From an uncultured virus (IMG/VR IMGVR_UViG_3300023176_005768) (lineage: Duplodnaviria; Heunggongvirae; Uroviricota; Caudoviricetes): DNA of 64,000 nucleotides. The translations under genes were made by a program, and so were the position numbers. The stretch is taken from IMG/VR virus record IMGVR_UViG_3300023176_005768; one strand, 5' to 3'. Of the stretch, positions 1 through 8,436 are shown piece by piece; the first letter of the stretch is position 1; each line of letters begins with the position of its first letter. The notes below the pieces were generated by a model. It was not told the DNA's origin. It did no database searches and saw only the letters and a program-made list of their open reading frames with translations.

Positions 1-703
1 AGGTAGACGCTGAGAACCAGAAGGAAGGAACCTCAACCCAAGATGTTGGAGCGGATGAAGTTATGTTGCCTTGCAGCAGGTTCCCAGCAGAGTCGTATGC
101 GGCATATTGTGTCGCAACGTAATCATTCACATCGGAGAAACGTTTAACGAGCGGTGTGACAATGATTGAGTCAATCTCCCCTGCATAAGAAGAAACGTCA
201 ATTGTTTGCTCAATGTACGCAGCGTTATACGAGAACCTGACACCGTTATAAGTGCTGAAGTCTGTTGCGAGAGTTAGATCGGTGACGAGTGTGTACTCTC
301 CGCCGTCGAAGCCGTTTCCTCTTTGATTACAGCAGTACCCAGCATGGAGGCGATAGACGCCAGCATCCAGCGTGGTGTCAATTTTTGATGAAACACACTG
401 GTTTGTGCTGTTGTGGTTGCCGTCATCATTGCCAGTTATCAATGTGCCGGACAGGTCATATAGCCACAAGTACGGATCAGACGTTAGTTCCTCACAGGAA
501 CTGTTGGAGTTACCGTAGATGACTACATCAGTGCCGTCCTGCTCGACTTCAAAGTACCAGTCGGATTCCTCGGTGACCGTGTATGACGCGGCAGACGCCG
601 TAGGCGCAAACCACACAAAAATCGCCAAAGGGATGATGATCCCAACTCTTCTTCTGGCAATCTTTCTTCTCTGCTCGGGGGAGAGACGAGAGCGACGGGT
701 CAT
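1..703 (-). CDS. Secreted/surface protein, runs off the window edge (signal peptide plus PPC/DVUA0089-like beta domain)
   Basis: Not in the ORF track; manual translation from ATG 703 is open to position 1: MTRRSRLSPEQRRKIARRRVGIIIPLAIFVWFAPTASA|ASY..., with DPYLWLYD...NDDG...S.I...L.AG.Y; ATGA overlap with upstream ORF 700..945. Confidence 0.75.
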   Translation of the reverse strand, partial: MTRRSRLSPEQRRKIARRRVGIIIPLAIFVWFAPTASAASYTVTEESDWYFEVEQDGTDVVIYGNSNSSCEELTSDPYLWLYDLSGTLITGNDDGNHNSTNQCVSSKIDTTLDAGVYRLHAGYCCNQRGNGFDGGEYTLVTDLTLATDFSTYNGVRFSYNAAYIEQTIDVSSYAGEIDSIIVTPLVKRFSDVNDYVATQYAAYDSAGNLLQGNITSSAPTSWVEVPSFWFSAST

Positions 704-945
704 ATATCTTCTTCTGAGACAGGAAGTTCCGAATTACGCCAAGCAATGTCACGACCTCTCTCTGTAATGAAATACGACACGTCGATCAAGTTCTCGACAG
801 CGACGAGAAGATCTGCTCGAAGATCAACGTCCTCGATATCTTCTATGTCTTCGAGAAAGTACGCCACTCCAGTGAGCGTGGAGACGCACGAATGAAGTTG
901 ACGAAGAGCGTGATCGTACGGAGAAGCCTCGAAGATCGACGACAT
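700..945 (-). CDS. Hypothetical acidic protein
   Basis: 81-aa ORF, 4-nt stop/start overlap with the downstream gene. Confidence 0.6.
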   Translation of the reverse strand: MSSIFEASPYDHALRQLHSCVSTLTGVAYFLEDIEDIEDVDLRADLLVAVENLIDVSYFITERGRDIAWRNSELPVSEEDI

Positions 946-1363
946 GTAGTCATTCTACATGGCCTCTATTTTCCTCACTTTAATGTACAAAGTATGCTTC
1001 TCGAAGGCGCTTTGGGGAAGAACTTTGTACCTTATTTGTAGTCTCGAGGGAGCTTTTCGGTGGCATTGTAACACCAAACTGCACTATTTTGATGATACAA
1101 CAGAAAAAAGCACTGTGACACATATTACACAGAAAAGAGCAATCTCTATGCAAAAGACTGTGTAGTATGGTCTGTAGTACTATACTGTAAATGGGAAAGT
1201 GAAGTTATTCTAGTATACGCGTATACGTGTGCACGTACCCCTTACTCAGAATTGGTTGAGTTTTCGGTTTGCTGTATAGTCTATTGCTAAAGTTTATAGA
1301 AGAAAACAAAAGTTTCTAAGAGTTTCCTACTTAGTCAGACTCAGGTGGGTGGAGTAGTGTACA

Positions 1364-1897
1364 ATGGGCTTGTACAAAACTTCGACACTCTCACAGGGAG
1401 AAACGATGAGCAACGACAACGAATGGATGTCTCCAGAGGAGATGCTCAAGATGCTCGGAACTTCAGCGGCGGACATCGAAGACGCATACAACGCAGGAGA
1501 GCTTGAGACACGAAACACCAAGATTGACAAGAGAGTGTGTGCGTGTGGTCATCGTGTCGCTGCTCATACCGAGATCGCAGGCGTGACGTTCTGTAAGCCG
1601 GCGAGAATGGAGTGTCCGTGCAAGAAGTGTAGACCTGTCCTTGAGGCTGAGGATACTCGAGTATTCTTGAGATCTACGCGAGGTGGTGGAAGATTGCACG
1701 CTCTATCGCAAGGTCTGTACGCACTGCTCCAGCGAGAGAAGAAAGTTCGTTGGATTATCGAGTTCAAGTGCGATCGCTGTGGTGCATCTACTGGTAAGCC
1801 ATTGACTCCAGTCCCAGTAACTCAGTCGGGAATTGCTACGACGTATCCAACTGGATACGATGCGCTGCTGTGTGACGAGTGTAGGACGTCGGTCTGA
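1364..1897 (+). CDS. Cys-rich zinc-binding hypothetical protein (start may be 1406)
   Basis: Multiple CxC/CxxC pairs (CACGH, CPCKKC, CDRC, CDEC). Confidence 0.7.
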   Translation: MGLYKTSTLSQGETMSNDNEWMSPEEMLKMLGTSAADIEDAYNAGELETRNTKIDKRVCACGHRVAAHTEIAGVTFCKPARMECPCKKCRPVLEAEDTRVFLRSTRGGGRLHALSQGLYALLQREKKVRWIIEFKCDRCGASTGKPLTPVPVTQSGIATTYPTGYDALLCDECRTSV

Positions 1898-2000
1898 CCC
1901 AGTGAGAGTCTTGAAAAAGGCTACAGCAGATCAAAAGAATTTCATATCGCCGTGTATAAAATCGTAGTGGATCTATAGAGTAAAAGACAGCGCGCAGAGC

Positions 2001-2183
2001 ATGAACGAGCAGCAGAACATAGAGTTTCTCACCTACAAACACGAAGTTCGTGAAAAACTAAAGTCGATGATCAAAGACTGGGAGTCTCGAGTTCCTCAAG
2101 AAGAAGATGATACTCTATACACCCTCGCACTTCGTAGAGCATTGGACGTAGTGGACGGTTTGGATGTCGACCTCGGGCCGTGA
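2001..2183 (+). CDS. Hypothetical protein
   Basis: 60-aa ORF with natural-looking composition. Confidence 0.55.
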   Translation: MNEQQNIEFLTYKHEVREKLKSMIKDWESRVPQEEDDTLYTLALRRALDVVDGLDVDLGP

Positions 2184-2421
2184 TCTTCCACCATCCACAG
2201 TCTCAGCGGGGCACCTCGCTTGGGTCGGACTGATTGCGTATATCACGATCTATGACGTTCTCGCACTGCGTAAAGGTGTTACAACGTTGAGTACAGCGTT
2301 CTACCGTCTGTCAAGAAGAAGATACTCAAGCCCGGCTGTTCTACTAATATGGGCAGTTTTGACTGGTCATCTTTTCCGAATAATCCCGAAGAAGTACGAC
2401 CCATTTCGCAGTCTACTGTGA
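2164..2421 (+). CDS. Small membrane protein
   Basis: Two hydrophobic segments, C-terminal HLF..IP..YDPF. Confidence 0.6.
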   Translation: MSTSGRDLPPSTVSAGHLAWVGLIAYITIYDVLALRKGVTTLSTAFYRLSRRRYSSPAVLLIWAVLTGHLFRIIPKKYDPFRSLL

Positions 2422-2427
2422 GTAGAT

Positions 2428-2501
2428 GCCGGGTGGTCCGGACGGTTTGACGGAGGTACTCTTATAAAGTACTTGAGCAGGTTCAATTCCTGCACCCGGT
2501 A
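2428..2501 (+). tRNA. tRNA-Ile(UAU)
   Basis: Acceptor GCCGGGT/ACCCGGT, D stem TCCG/CGGA, anticodon arm GTACT-CTTATAA-AGTAC, T arm GCAGG-TTCAATT-CCTGC; G at position 8 is atypical. Confidence 0.85.
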
Positions 2502-2510
2502 CGAACAATA

Positions 2511-2583
2511 GCCTCGGTAGCTCAGAGGATAGAGCATCGGACTTCTAATCCGTTGGTCGTAGGTTCGAATCCTACTCGAGGCG
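2511..2583 (+). tRNA. tRNA-Arg(UCU)
   Basis: Cloverleaf: GCCTCGG/TCGAGGC acceptor, TAGCTCAG D arm, loop CTTCTAA, GTTCGAATC T loop. Confidence 0.93.
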
Positions 2584-2584
2584 C

Positions 2585-2683
2585 TGAAAGCGCAGATACC
2601 AAGTTAGTTGGTTGGCTTGGGAAAATTGCAAATATCACATAAGCATGTGTTCAGGTTGTCACTTAGCAGCTTCTGCGCTTTCA
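2585..2683 (+). ncRNA. Unidentified structured RNA candidate inside the tRNA cluster
   Basis: Perfect 12-bp closing stem TGAAAGCGCAGA/TCTGCGCTTTCA plus internal hairpins 2599-2620 and 2636-2649. Confidence 0.5.
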
Positions 2684-2690
2684 ACAATTT

Positions 2691-2762
2691 GCCGGATTAG
2701 CTCAGTGGTAGAGCACTCGCCTTGTAAGCGAGATGTCGTGGGTTCGACCCCCACATCCGGCT
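2691..2762 (+). tRNA. tRNA-Thr(UGU)
   Basis: Cloverleaf: GCCGGAT/ATCCGGC acceptor, CTCGC-CTTGTAA-GCGAG anticodon arm, GGTTCGAC T loop. Confidence 0.93.
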
Positions 2763-2971
2763 CGAATTCGTGTCGCACAGAAGCACTTGCTATTCCTATA
2801 TAATAGCCGCCGCAGAACCATTGTTTCTAAAAGAAGCCGCAAAACAGGTGGCTTTTCGCCTCACTCTCGCGAAAATCGCCCGAGACCTCTTCCTGGAAGA
2901 ATGATTCCGTTCCGCCAGGCTGTTCGCCAAAGCGGAGCGCGTCACATTCCCGAACAAAGGAAGTTACACTT

Positions 2972-3202
2972 ATGTGGTCATCATCATTTTGGAAGGCGTC
3001 AGCGGAGCGAGCGATTAAGACATTCGCGCAGACTCTCGTTGCTCTCGTTGGCACCGACGCTGCTGATGTTCTAACGATCAACATTACAGACGCGGTGCAG
3101 GCTTCGGTCGTCGCCGCCGTTCTCTCTGTGCTCACGTCGCTAGCGTCATCGACGCGCGGCAATCCTGGCCCAAGCCTCTCGAACGAGTCCACAGGCAGCT
3201 GA
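2972..3202 (+). CDS. Holin, phage r1t-like
   Basis: FWKASAERAIKTFAQT...AAVLSVLTS signature typical of actinophage r1t-type holins. Confidence 0.85.
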   Translation: MWSSSFWKASAERAIKTFAQTLVALVGTDAADVLTINITDAVQASVVAAVLSVLTSLASSTRGNPGPSLSNESTGS

Positions 3203-3224
3203 AGTAGGTTATAGTTCACAGTTC

Positions 3225-3596
3225 ATGAGCGATAACTCACAACCAAAGAAGAAGGCGACCCCTTCGAAGAAGACACCGTCGAAATCAACGCCCGCGAAAA
3301 AGAAGGCTCAGGCCTCGGGGAGTTCGAGTGCGCAGACGGGTGCTCCTAAGAAGAAAGCTCCGGCGAAGAAAGCCGCAGCGAAAAAGCCGCCTGTAAAGAA
3401 GTCAGTGGCGAAGAAGGTCGATCCGATCGTCGAGGACATCCGGCCCGCTGATACAGAAATTCCGCAGACGGATCAAGTTCCTGTATCAGTTCCGGCCTCG
3501 GCGCCAGCTCCCGAGCAGACGGCTCCTGCCGTCGAGAATCCGAGAATGAAGAATCTCGGTTTTTGGGCTCGGGTGAAATATCGACTTTCACGGTAG
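3225..3596 (+). CDS. Lys/Ala/Pro-rich, histone-like basic protein
   Basis: Repeated PAKK/PSKK units in the N-terminal half. Confidence 0.65.
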   Translation: MSDNSQPKKKATPSKKTPSKSTPAKKKAQASGSSSAQTGAPKKKAPAKKAAAKKPPVKKSVAKKVDPIVEDIRPADTEIPQTDQVPVSVPASAPAPEQTAPAVENPRMKNLGFWARVKYRLSR

Positions 3597-3613
3597 CTCG
3601 CTACTCGCTCGAG

Positions 3614-3654
3614 GGGTCCGTCGGTAGTTGCCCTCTCCCCGCCCGGCGGACCCC
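3614..3654 (+). terminator. GC-rich 3' hairpin, probable terminator
   Basis: GGGGTCCGTCGG...CCGGCGGACCCC just after stop codon 3596; no strong U-tract. Confidence 0.5.
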
Positions 3655-3683
3655 TCACACAACTCAATCTCGGAATTCTTCTC

Positions 3684-4589
3684 ATGGCGATAGAAAAATT
3701 TGATGACGATCTCGCAGTAGAGCGCCCAGACGTTCACGTTGATGATCCCATCAATATGCGCCCTGATCTGAGTGAACTCGGAATTCACGAGGTCGAGCGT
3801 GGAGTTTGCGAGGACAATTACGTAAATCGTTCTACTCTTCGCCGCGCGCGAATGGGATGGGACCCAGTTTACGCATCGAACGGAGTTCCGACAGGTTTAA
3901 TTCAGGCGCGCAGTCCCGAAATGGATCGAGCGCGCAGAGTTCTTTCTCTTACTGAGAAGCGCCCAATCCTCGTTGAGCCGGATATCTTGAACAGTGATTA
4001 CGTCACTGGTTACGATCTCTTAGCCGAGGAGGCGGCAGATCACATCGTTCCTCCCTGGGTCATTGGCGCGACTCGAAACTATCTGAAAGAGCAGGAGGCT
4101 GGCGGTCCGCCGTCCGCGAAAAGAAAGCCGGCCGCTCTTCCAACTCGTTGTCGCGCGATCAAGGACGACGGTATTCGATGCATGATGTGGAGCTCGGGAC
4201 GCCCGAAGGATGACGGTTACTGCCGTATTCATCTCGGCTCGATCTCGAGAAAACCCGGCGAGGACGTCGAACGTGCGCGCGCAAAATTGACTCAGGCCGC
4301 TCCGTACGCTGTCGATGTTCTTGAAGAACTCATGTCCGAGGCAGCGTCCGAGCCGGTGCGCCTCAAGGCGTCAACCGAAATCCTCGATCGCGCCGGCGTT
4401 CGTGGTGGTGTCGAGTTTGACGCGCGTGTAGAAGTTACCGATGGACGTTCCGCAGCAGATATAGTCAACGAACGTCTGGAGAGACTCGCCAAAAATGCGA
4501 TCGACGTCGCATCGAGGCTCGCGTCAGACGGAATTGGTTTACCAGAAGCAAGTGACGAGACAAATGACGATTCCGAAGCACAGGAGTAG
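3684..4589 (+). CDS. Zn-finger plus helical domain protein, possibly small terminase-like
   Basis: RCRAIKDDGIRC...YCRIH motif, then ARAKL..AAPYAVDVLEELM...VRLKASTEILDRAG, a pattern seen in phage small-terminase-like proteins. Confidence 0.5.
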   Translation: MAIEKFDDDLAVERPDVHVDDPINMRPDLSELGIHEVERGVCEDNYVNRSTLRRARMGWDPVYASNGVPTGLIQARSPEMDRARRVLSLTEKRPILVEPDILNSDYVTGYDLLAEEAADHIVPPWVIGATRNYLKEQEAGGPPSAKRKPAALPTRCRAIKDDGIRCMMWSSGRPKDDGYCRIHLGSISRKPGEDVERARAKLTQAAPYAVDVLEELMSEAASEPVRLKASTEILDRAGVRGGVEFDARVEVTDGRSAADIVNERLERLAKNAIDVASRLASDGIGLPEASDETNDDSEAQE

Positions 4590-4594
4590 ACGGA

Positions 4595-4807
4595 ATGAGC
4601 AAAGAAGAAGTCTCGAAGCTTGCGCAGATCTTAGCAGACCGGCTGAAAGAAGACGTTGATCTATGTCGAACAAGAGAAGAGACGATTCGCGTTTCGGCTC
4701 GCGCAAACGAGGCACAACTTCTTCTTCAGGGTCTGAATCAGATGTTCGACGTGACGTCCGGCCTGGAGCTGGAAGATCTGCAGACGGACTCGTCTCCGAG
4801 TGTCTGA
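4595..4807 (+). CDS. Hypothetical helical protein
   Basis: AGGAG RBS upstream; overlaps the 5' end of the next ORF. Confidence 0.5.
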   Translation: MSKEEVSKLAQILADRLKEDVDLCRTREETIRVSARANEAQLLLQGLNQMFDVTSGLELEDLQTDSSPSV

Positions 4808-5490
4808 AGTACGCTGACTTCAAGGTCAGGCCTGGTGGAGAGAACTCGTTTAGCAGACGGGTTGGTTATTTCGGTCACGACATTCCGTGGGACGGCGCGT
4901 TCATTGACTGCGTAGCGTACGACGCCGGCGTTGACGTTCCATCGTGCGTGTACACAGGTTCCGGCCTGGCCGAGTTTTCTCATAGCAGACGGCTCTATAT
5001 TTCACCTGTTGCTGGAGATATCGTCTTTTATCCGTTTTCTGCGCGCGTAAGTTCGCGTTTTCAGGCTCCGCACTGCGGGATCGTTGTTCAGGTGCTCAAA
5101 GACGACAAGTTCGTGGCCTGCGAAGGCGATGTCGAGAACTCAGTTCAATTAATAGAACGCTGGACGCGCGAAACAATCGGTTTTGGGCGCCCAAATTTCA
5201 ATGTCCGGCCTGGGCGGACTAAAAATGCAGACGGGCACCTTCCGAAGCCTGTAGTGTCGATCGCTCGAATTCAAGCAGGCGCGTTCGCCGATATCTATAA
5301 CCTCCAGCGGGCACTCGAAATCGTCTCCGATCTGAGGTACCACCGAAACGGCGTGTACGACGAGTATACTCGAGCCGGCTACGCTCGATGGCAGCGCCAA
5401 ATCGGATACGTTGGACCCGACGCGACTGGTTTTCCGGATCCCGCGAGTTTAACTCGACTCGGTGACCGAACAAAAATATTCTGTACGTAG
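4663..5490 (+). CDS. CHAP-like amidase domain plus C-terminal peptidoglycan-binding-like domain (endolysin-like; start uncertain)
   Basis: PW(D)GAFI, AGDIVFY, HCGIV, ACEGD; C-terminal LQRAL...G.YD..TRA.YARWQRQIG...ATG.P...SL..L. Confidence 0.65.
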   Translation: MSNKRRDDSRFGSRKRGTTSSSGSESDVRRDVRPGAGRSADGLVSECLKYADFKVRPGGENSFSRRVGYFGHDIPWDGAFIDCVAYDAGVDVPSCVYTGSGLAEFSHSRRLYISPVAGDIVFYPFSARVSSRFQAPHCGIVVQVLKDDKFVACEGDVENSVQLIERWTRETIGFGRPNFNVRPGRTKNADGHLPKPVVSIARIQAGAFADIYNLQRALEIVSDLRYHRNGVYDEYTRAGYARWQRQIGYVGPDATGFPDPASLTRLGDRTKIFCT

Positions 5491-5579
5491 CGTCTTCGAA
5501 TTCTAAAGCCGTATATAATGATGTCACCGGTTCAACCGATCCGGCACTCACAACGACATCTACCTCACGGAGATACGAA

Positions 5580-6203
5580 ATGACACAGTCAAACCCGACC
5601 GTTACGGTCGACACCATCAAGCAGCTTCGTATGAACTCACCGCAGTTCGACGAGTTCATTAACCGTCGCGGACGAGGCGCAGTCTCTGGTCCGAGCTTCG
5701 AGCTCGAGATCTACGAGCTTCTCTGCACGGCGACCGAGCCAGCCACCATGAACGAGATCTTCTCGGCGTTTAACGCTGGTCGCTCGTCGGAGCGCAAGCG
5801 CCGGTCAAACTCGGTCCGCATCGCTCTCACCAGTCTCTGCCAGGTTGGCCTGCTGCACTGCCGAGAGCAGACGGACGGCGAGCGCGAGTTCCTCGGCATG
5901 ACCAAGGGACGCACTCCTCTTCTGTATTGGACCTCGGCTGCGATTCCGATTCGCGTCAAGAAGAGCGCGTTTCCCGGCGTCGAGATCGCTCCGCTGCCAG
6001 ACGTGCTGAGCAAGAGCAAGGCGCGCAAGCGCAATGCCCTCCGGAAGGCTCGCAACACGAGCCGGCCCGCTAAGGCCTCGTCCTCGCAGACGGGCACTAA
6101 GCTGAGCGCCATCGAGCGCCATGACATCGCTATCAAGGAGATGCAGGGACGTATCTCGTCGTTGGAGGCCGAGCTGAAGCGCATTCAGCAGATCCTGCGC
6201 TGA
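5580..6203 (+). CDS. Probable winged-helix DNA-binding protein with C-terminal coiled coil
   Basis: IYELL...PATMNEI...SVRIALTSLCQVGLL pattern; basic linker; heptad-like C-terminus. Confidence 0.55.
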   Translation: MTQSNPTVTVDTIKQLRMNSPQFDEFINRRGRGAVSGPSFELEIYELLCTATEPATMNEIFSAFNAGRSSERKRRSNSVRIALTSLCQVGLLHCREQTDGEREFLGMTKGRTPLLYWTSAAIPIRVKKSAFPGVEIAPLPDVLSKSKARKRNALRKARNTSRPAKASSSQTGTKLSAIERHDIAIKEMQGRISSLEAELKRIQQILR

Positions 6204-6221
6204 TGTGATAGCGTTGAGGTC

Positions 6222-6488
6222 GTGAACATCTACGACCTCTTCTTGTTGGAGACCCCGGATGACGTTGCTGCCTGCTCGTTGTCCGGGGTCTTCGACATTG
6301 GTCCACACGAAATCGAGTGTGAGAACTGCCGACTCGCTGTCGGAATATGGGACAACGTGTTCATTCCGTTCTCAGTTCTCGTCGACCACGAGAGTCAGCC
6401 AATGACTCAGGCGTACCCAGTCTGCATCGACTGCATCGCGCCAGCGATTATGCCGGGCCTCTGGTTCTCGACTCGGAAGGAATTCTAA
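6222..6488 (+). CDS. Small zinc-ribbon protein
   Basis: CENC...CIDC; its stop TAA lies within the next promoter motif. Confidence 0.6.
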   Translation: MNIYDLFLLETPDDVAACSLSGVFDIGPHEIECENCRLAVGIWDNVFIPFSVLVDHESQPMTQAYPVCIDCIAPAIMPGLWFSTRKEF

Positions 6489-6536
6489 AGAAGATACCAT
6501 TGGTCTCACCCCATACCAACGACGAAAGGACACACC

Positions 6537-6926
6537 ATGGGCGACAGAGCAGTTATCCAATTCATGGAGACCCCCGCAGACGAGACCCCTGTGAATCTCT
6601 ACATGCACTGGGGCGGTCACTCGCGCTACGAGGCGCTGGCTGGCGCGCTCGAGAAGGCGAGGCCTCGCTGGACTGACCCCTCGTACGCCACCCGTATCTG
6701 CATCTCGCAGATCATTGGCACCGGCTGGAACGAGGAGACTGGCTTCGGCATCTCCGCCGGCGATCTCAACTACGTCTCACCTGACTACGATGACATCCCA
6801 TGCGTCGTCTGGAGCACGCGGCAGGTCTACATCAACAAGACCAACTCCGTTGAGGTCATCGACTTCGAGAAGTTCATCGAGCTCTGCGACTTCAGCGAGC
6901 TGCACTCCTGGGCTTCGGTTCGATAA
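6537..6926 (+). CDS. Hypothetical phage protein
   Basis: GAAAGGA RBS; MGDRAVI...LYMHWGG. Confidence 0.75.
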   Translation: MGDRAVIQFMETPADETPVNLYMHWGGHSRYEALAGALEKARPRWTDPSYATRICISQIIGTGWNEETGFGISAGDLNYVSPDYDDIPCVVWSTRQVYINKTNSVEVIDFEKFIELCDFSELHSWASVR

Positions 6927-6977
6927 TCTAAAGAAGTTATAATTGAACTCGTAAGCCACTACAACGAAAGGACACCA

Positions 6978-7358
6978 ATGTTCAAAAGATTCAATGGAGT
7001 CGCGGAGGGGATCCTCCCCTACGGACAAGGCTATCCCAAGTGGAACCCGATGGAGCCTCTCGAGCATCCGTTCGGTCCCGGGTACATGTCCGACAGCATC
7101 GCTGTCGTGCTGAAGCGCGTCGATCAGCCTCGTAAGGCAGCAGCCACTCGAGTGATCGTTGGCGCCGGCAGCGAGATGTACGAAGGCTGGACGATCGGAA
7201 ACGTCTGGAAGCTTCGCCACGATCAGACAGGCGCCATTCTCGGCACCTACGAGGTTGTCGGTGAGGTGACCTACGCCGAAGACGAAGACGAGCTCGCGGC
7301 AGTGCGCGACGCGATCGGCGTGACTGACATGAAGCTCAAGGTCTCTTGCTTCAAGTGA
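6978..7358 (+). CDS. Hypothetical phage protein
   Basis: Promoter motif plus ACGAAAGGAC RBS. Confidence 0.75.
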   Translation: MFKRFNGVAEGILPYGQGYPKWNPMEPLEHPFGPGYMSDSIAVVLKRVDQPRKAAATRVIVGAGSEMYEGWTIGNVWKLRHDQTGAILGTYEVVGEVTYAEDEDELAAVRDAIGVTDMKLKVSCFK

Positions 7359-7412
7359 GTTTCTAAAGAAAGTATAATGAAACTGCAAGCCACAACGACG
7401 AAAGGACATGCA

Positions 7413-7748
7413 ATGGCAAGCACCACAATGACCCAGACCACCACGACCACGACCACCGAGGTCAAGCAGGTCGCTGACCTTCCGACCTCAGCCGAGGATC
7501 TCATCCGAACCTTCAACAACACGAAGGCGACGATCAAGCTCCTCCAGGCCGAGAAGGAGAACGCCGAGAAGGCGCTCCGCGAGCTTCTCGGTGACGCCGA
7601 GGTTGGCACCATCAATGGCGTGGAGCGAGTCAAGATCTCGCACCGCAACATGAGCAAGATCGATCGCGAGGCCCTCAAGGCCGCGTGGCCGGAGGCGTAC
7701 GAGGCGACTCTTCTCGAGTCCTCGTACACCGTGCTCACCACCAAGTGA
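7413..7748 (+). CDS. Hypothetical coiled-coil protein
   Basis: Promoter motif plus RBS; strongly biased codon usage; followed by a hairpin at 7758-7797. Confidence 0.8.
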   Translation: MASTTMTQTTTTTTTEVKQVADLPTSAEDLIRTFNNTKATIKLLQAEKENAEKALRELLGDAEVGTINGVERVKISHRNMSKIDREALKAAWPEAYEATLLESSYTVLTTK

Positions 7749-7870
7749 TCGCGTCCGAGGGCCGCAGCTCCTCCCCCCTGAGCAGTTGCGGCTCTCGGCG
7801 CTCACCGTCAGTCTGCTTTCTAAAGAAAGTATAATGACAACATCCACTACATCCACTACGAAAGGACACC

Positions 7871-8383
7871 ATGACTACCACATTCGATAATCGAAAGCCG
7901 ATCGCTCAGGCGGTCTATCTCGAGTTCATCAACGATCGCCGCGGCGCTGTCGCGCAGTACTTGTTCATGCCAAGCGTGGAGAACAAGTTCACTGGCACGC
8001 CTGCGACTGGCGTCTACAAGCAGACGCGCGCCATGGCGTTTCGCCGCACGATCAGCACCGCGCAGCCGCGCAGGCAGTGGAAGACTAGCACTGCGTTCGA
8101 CGTCTACGGCCAGTGGCACCAGGACAAGATCGACCACTCGAGCCTCAGCGACGACGAGCTCCGTGGGACGACCATGCTCAACATTCTTCAGTACCTCTGC
8201 TTCTCTCCGCTTAGCCGGTTCGTTTCCTCGGGCTTCACTCTTCGCACGCCTCCGATCGTCATCGAGATCACCGAAGAGGACGCCGCAGCTGCGATCAATG
8301 GGAAGACCCCGTACAAGGCTCTGGGCCGCGTCCACAAGGTCCGTTCTTCTCGCAAGCTCGATAAGAATCTTCTGGCTTTCTAA
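7871..8383 (+). CDS. Hypothetical phage protein
   Basis: Promoter motif plus ACGAAAGGAC RBS; stop overlaps the next motif. Confidence 0.75.
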   Translation: MTTTFDNRKPIAQAVYLEFINDRRGAVAQYLFMPSVENKFTGTPATGVYKQTRAMAFRRTISTAQPRRQWKTSTAFDVYGQWHQDKIDHSSLSDDELRGTTMLNILQYLCFSPLSRFVSSGFTLRTPPIVIEITEEDAAAAINGKTPYKALGRVHKVRSSRKLDKNLLAF

Positions 8384-8436
8384 AGAAGATACAATACTAC
8401 GTACCCACTACAACCCACTACAACGCAAGGACTGAA

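Noticed and set aside
2612..3074. ORFs 2612..2803 and 2733..3074
   Set aside because: They overlap tRNA-Thr and the holin and lack protein-like features
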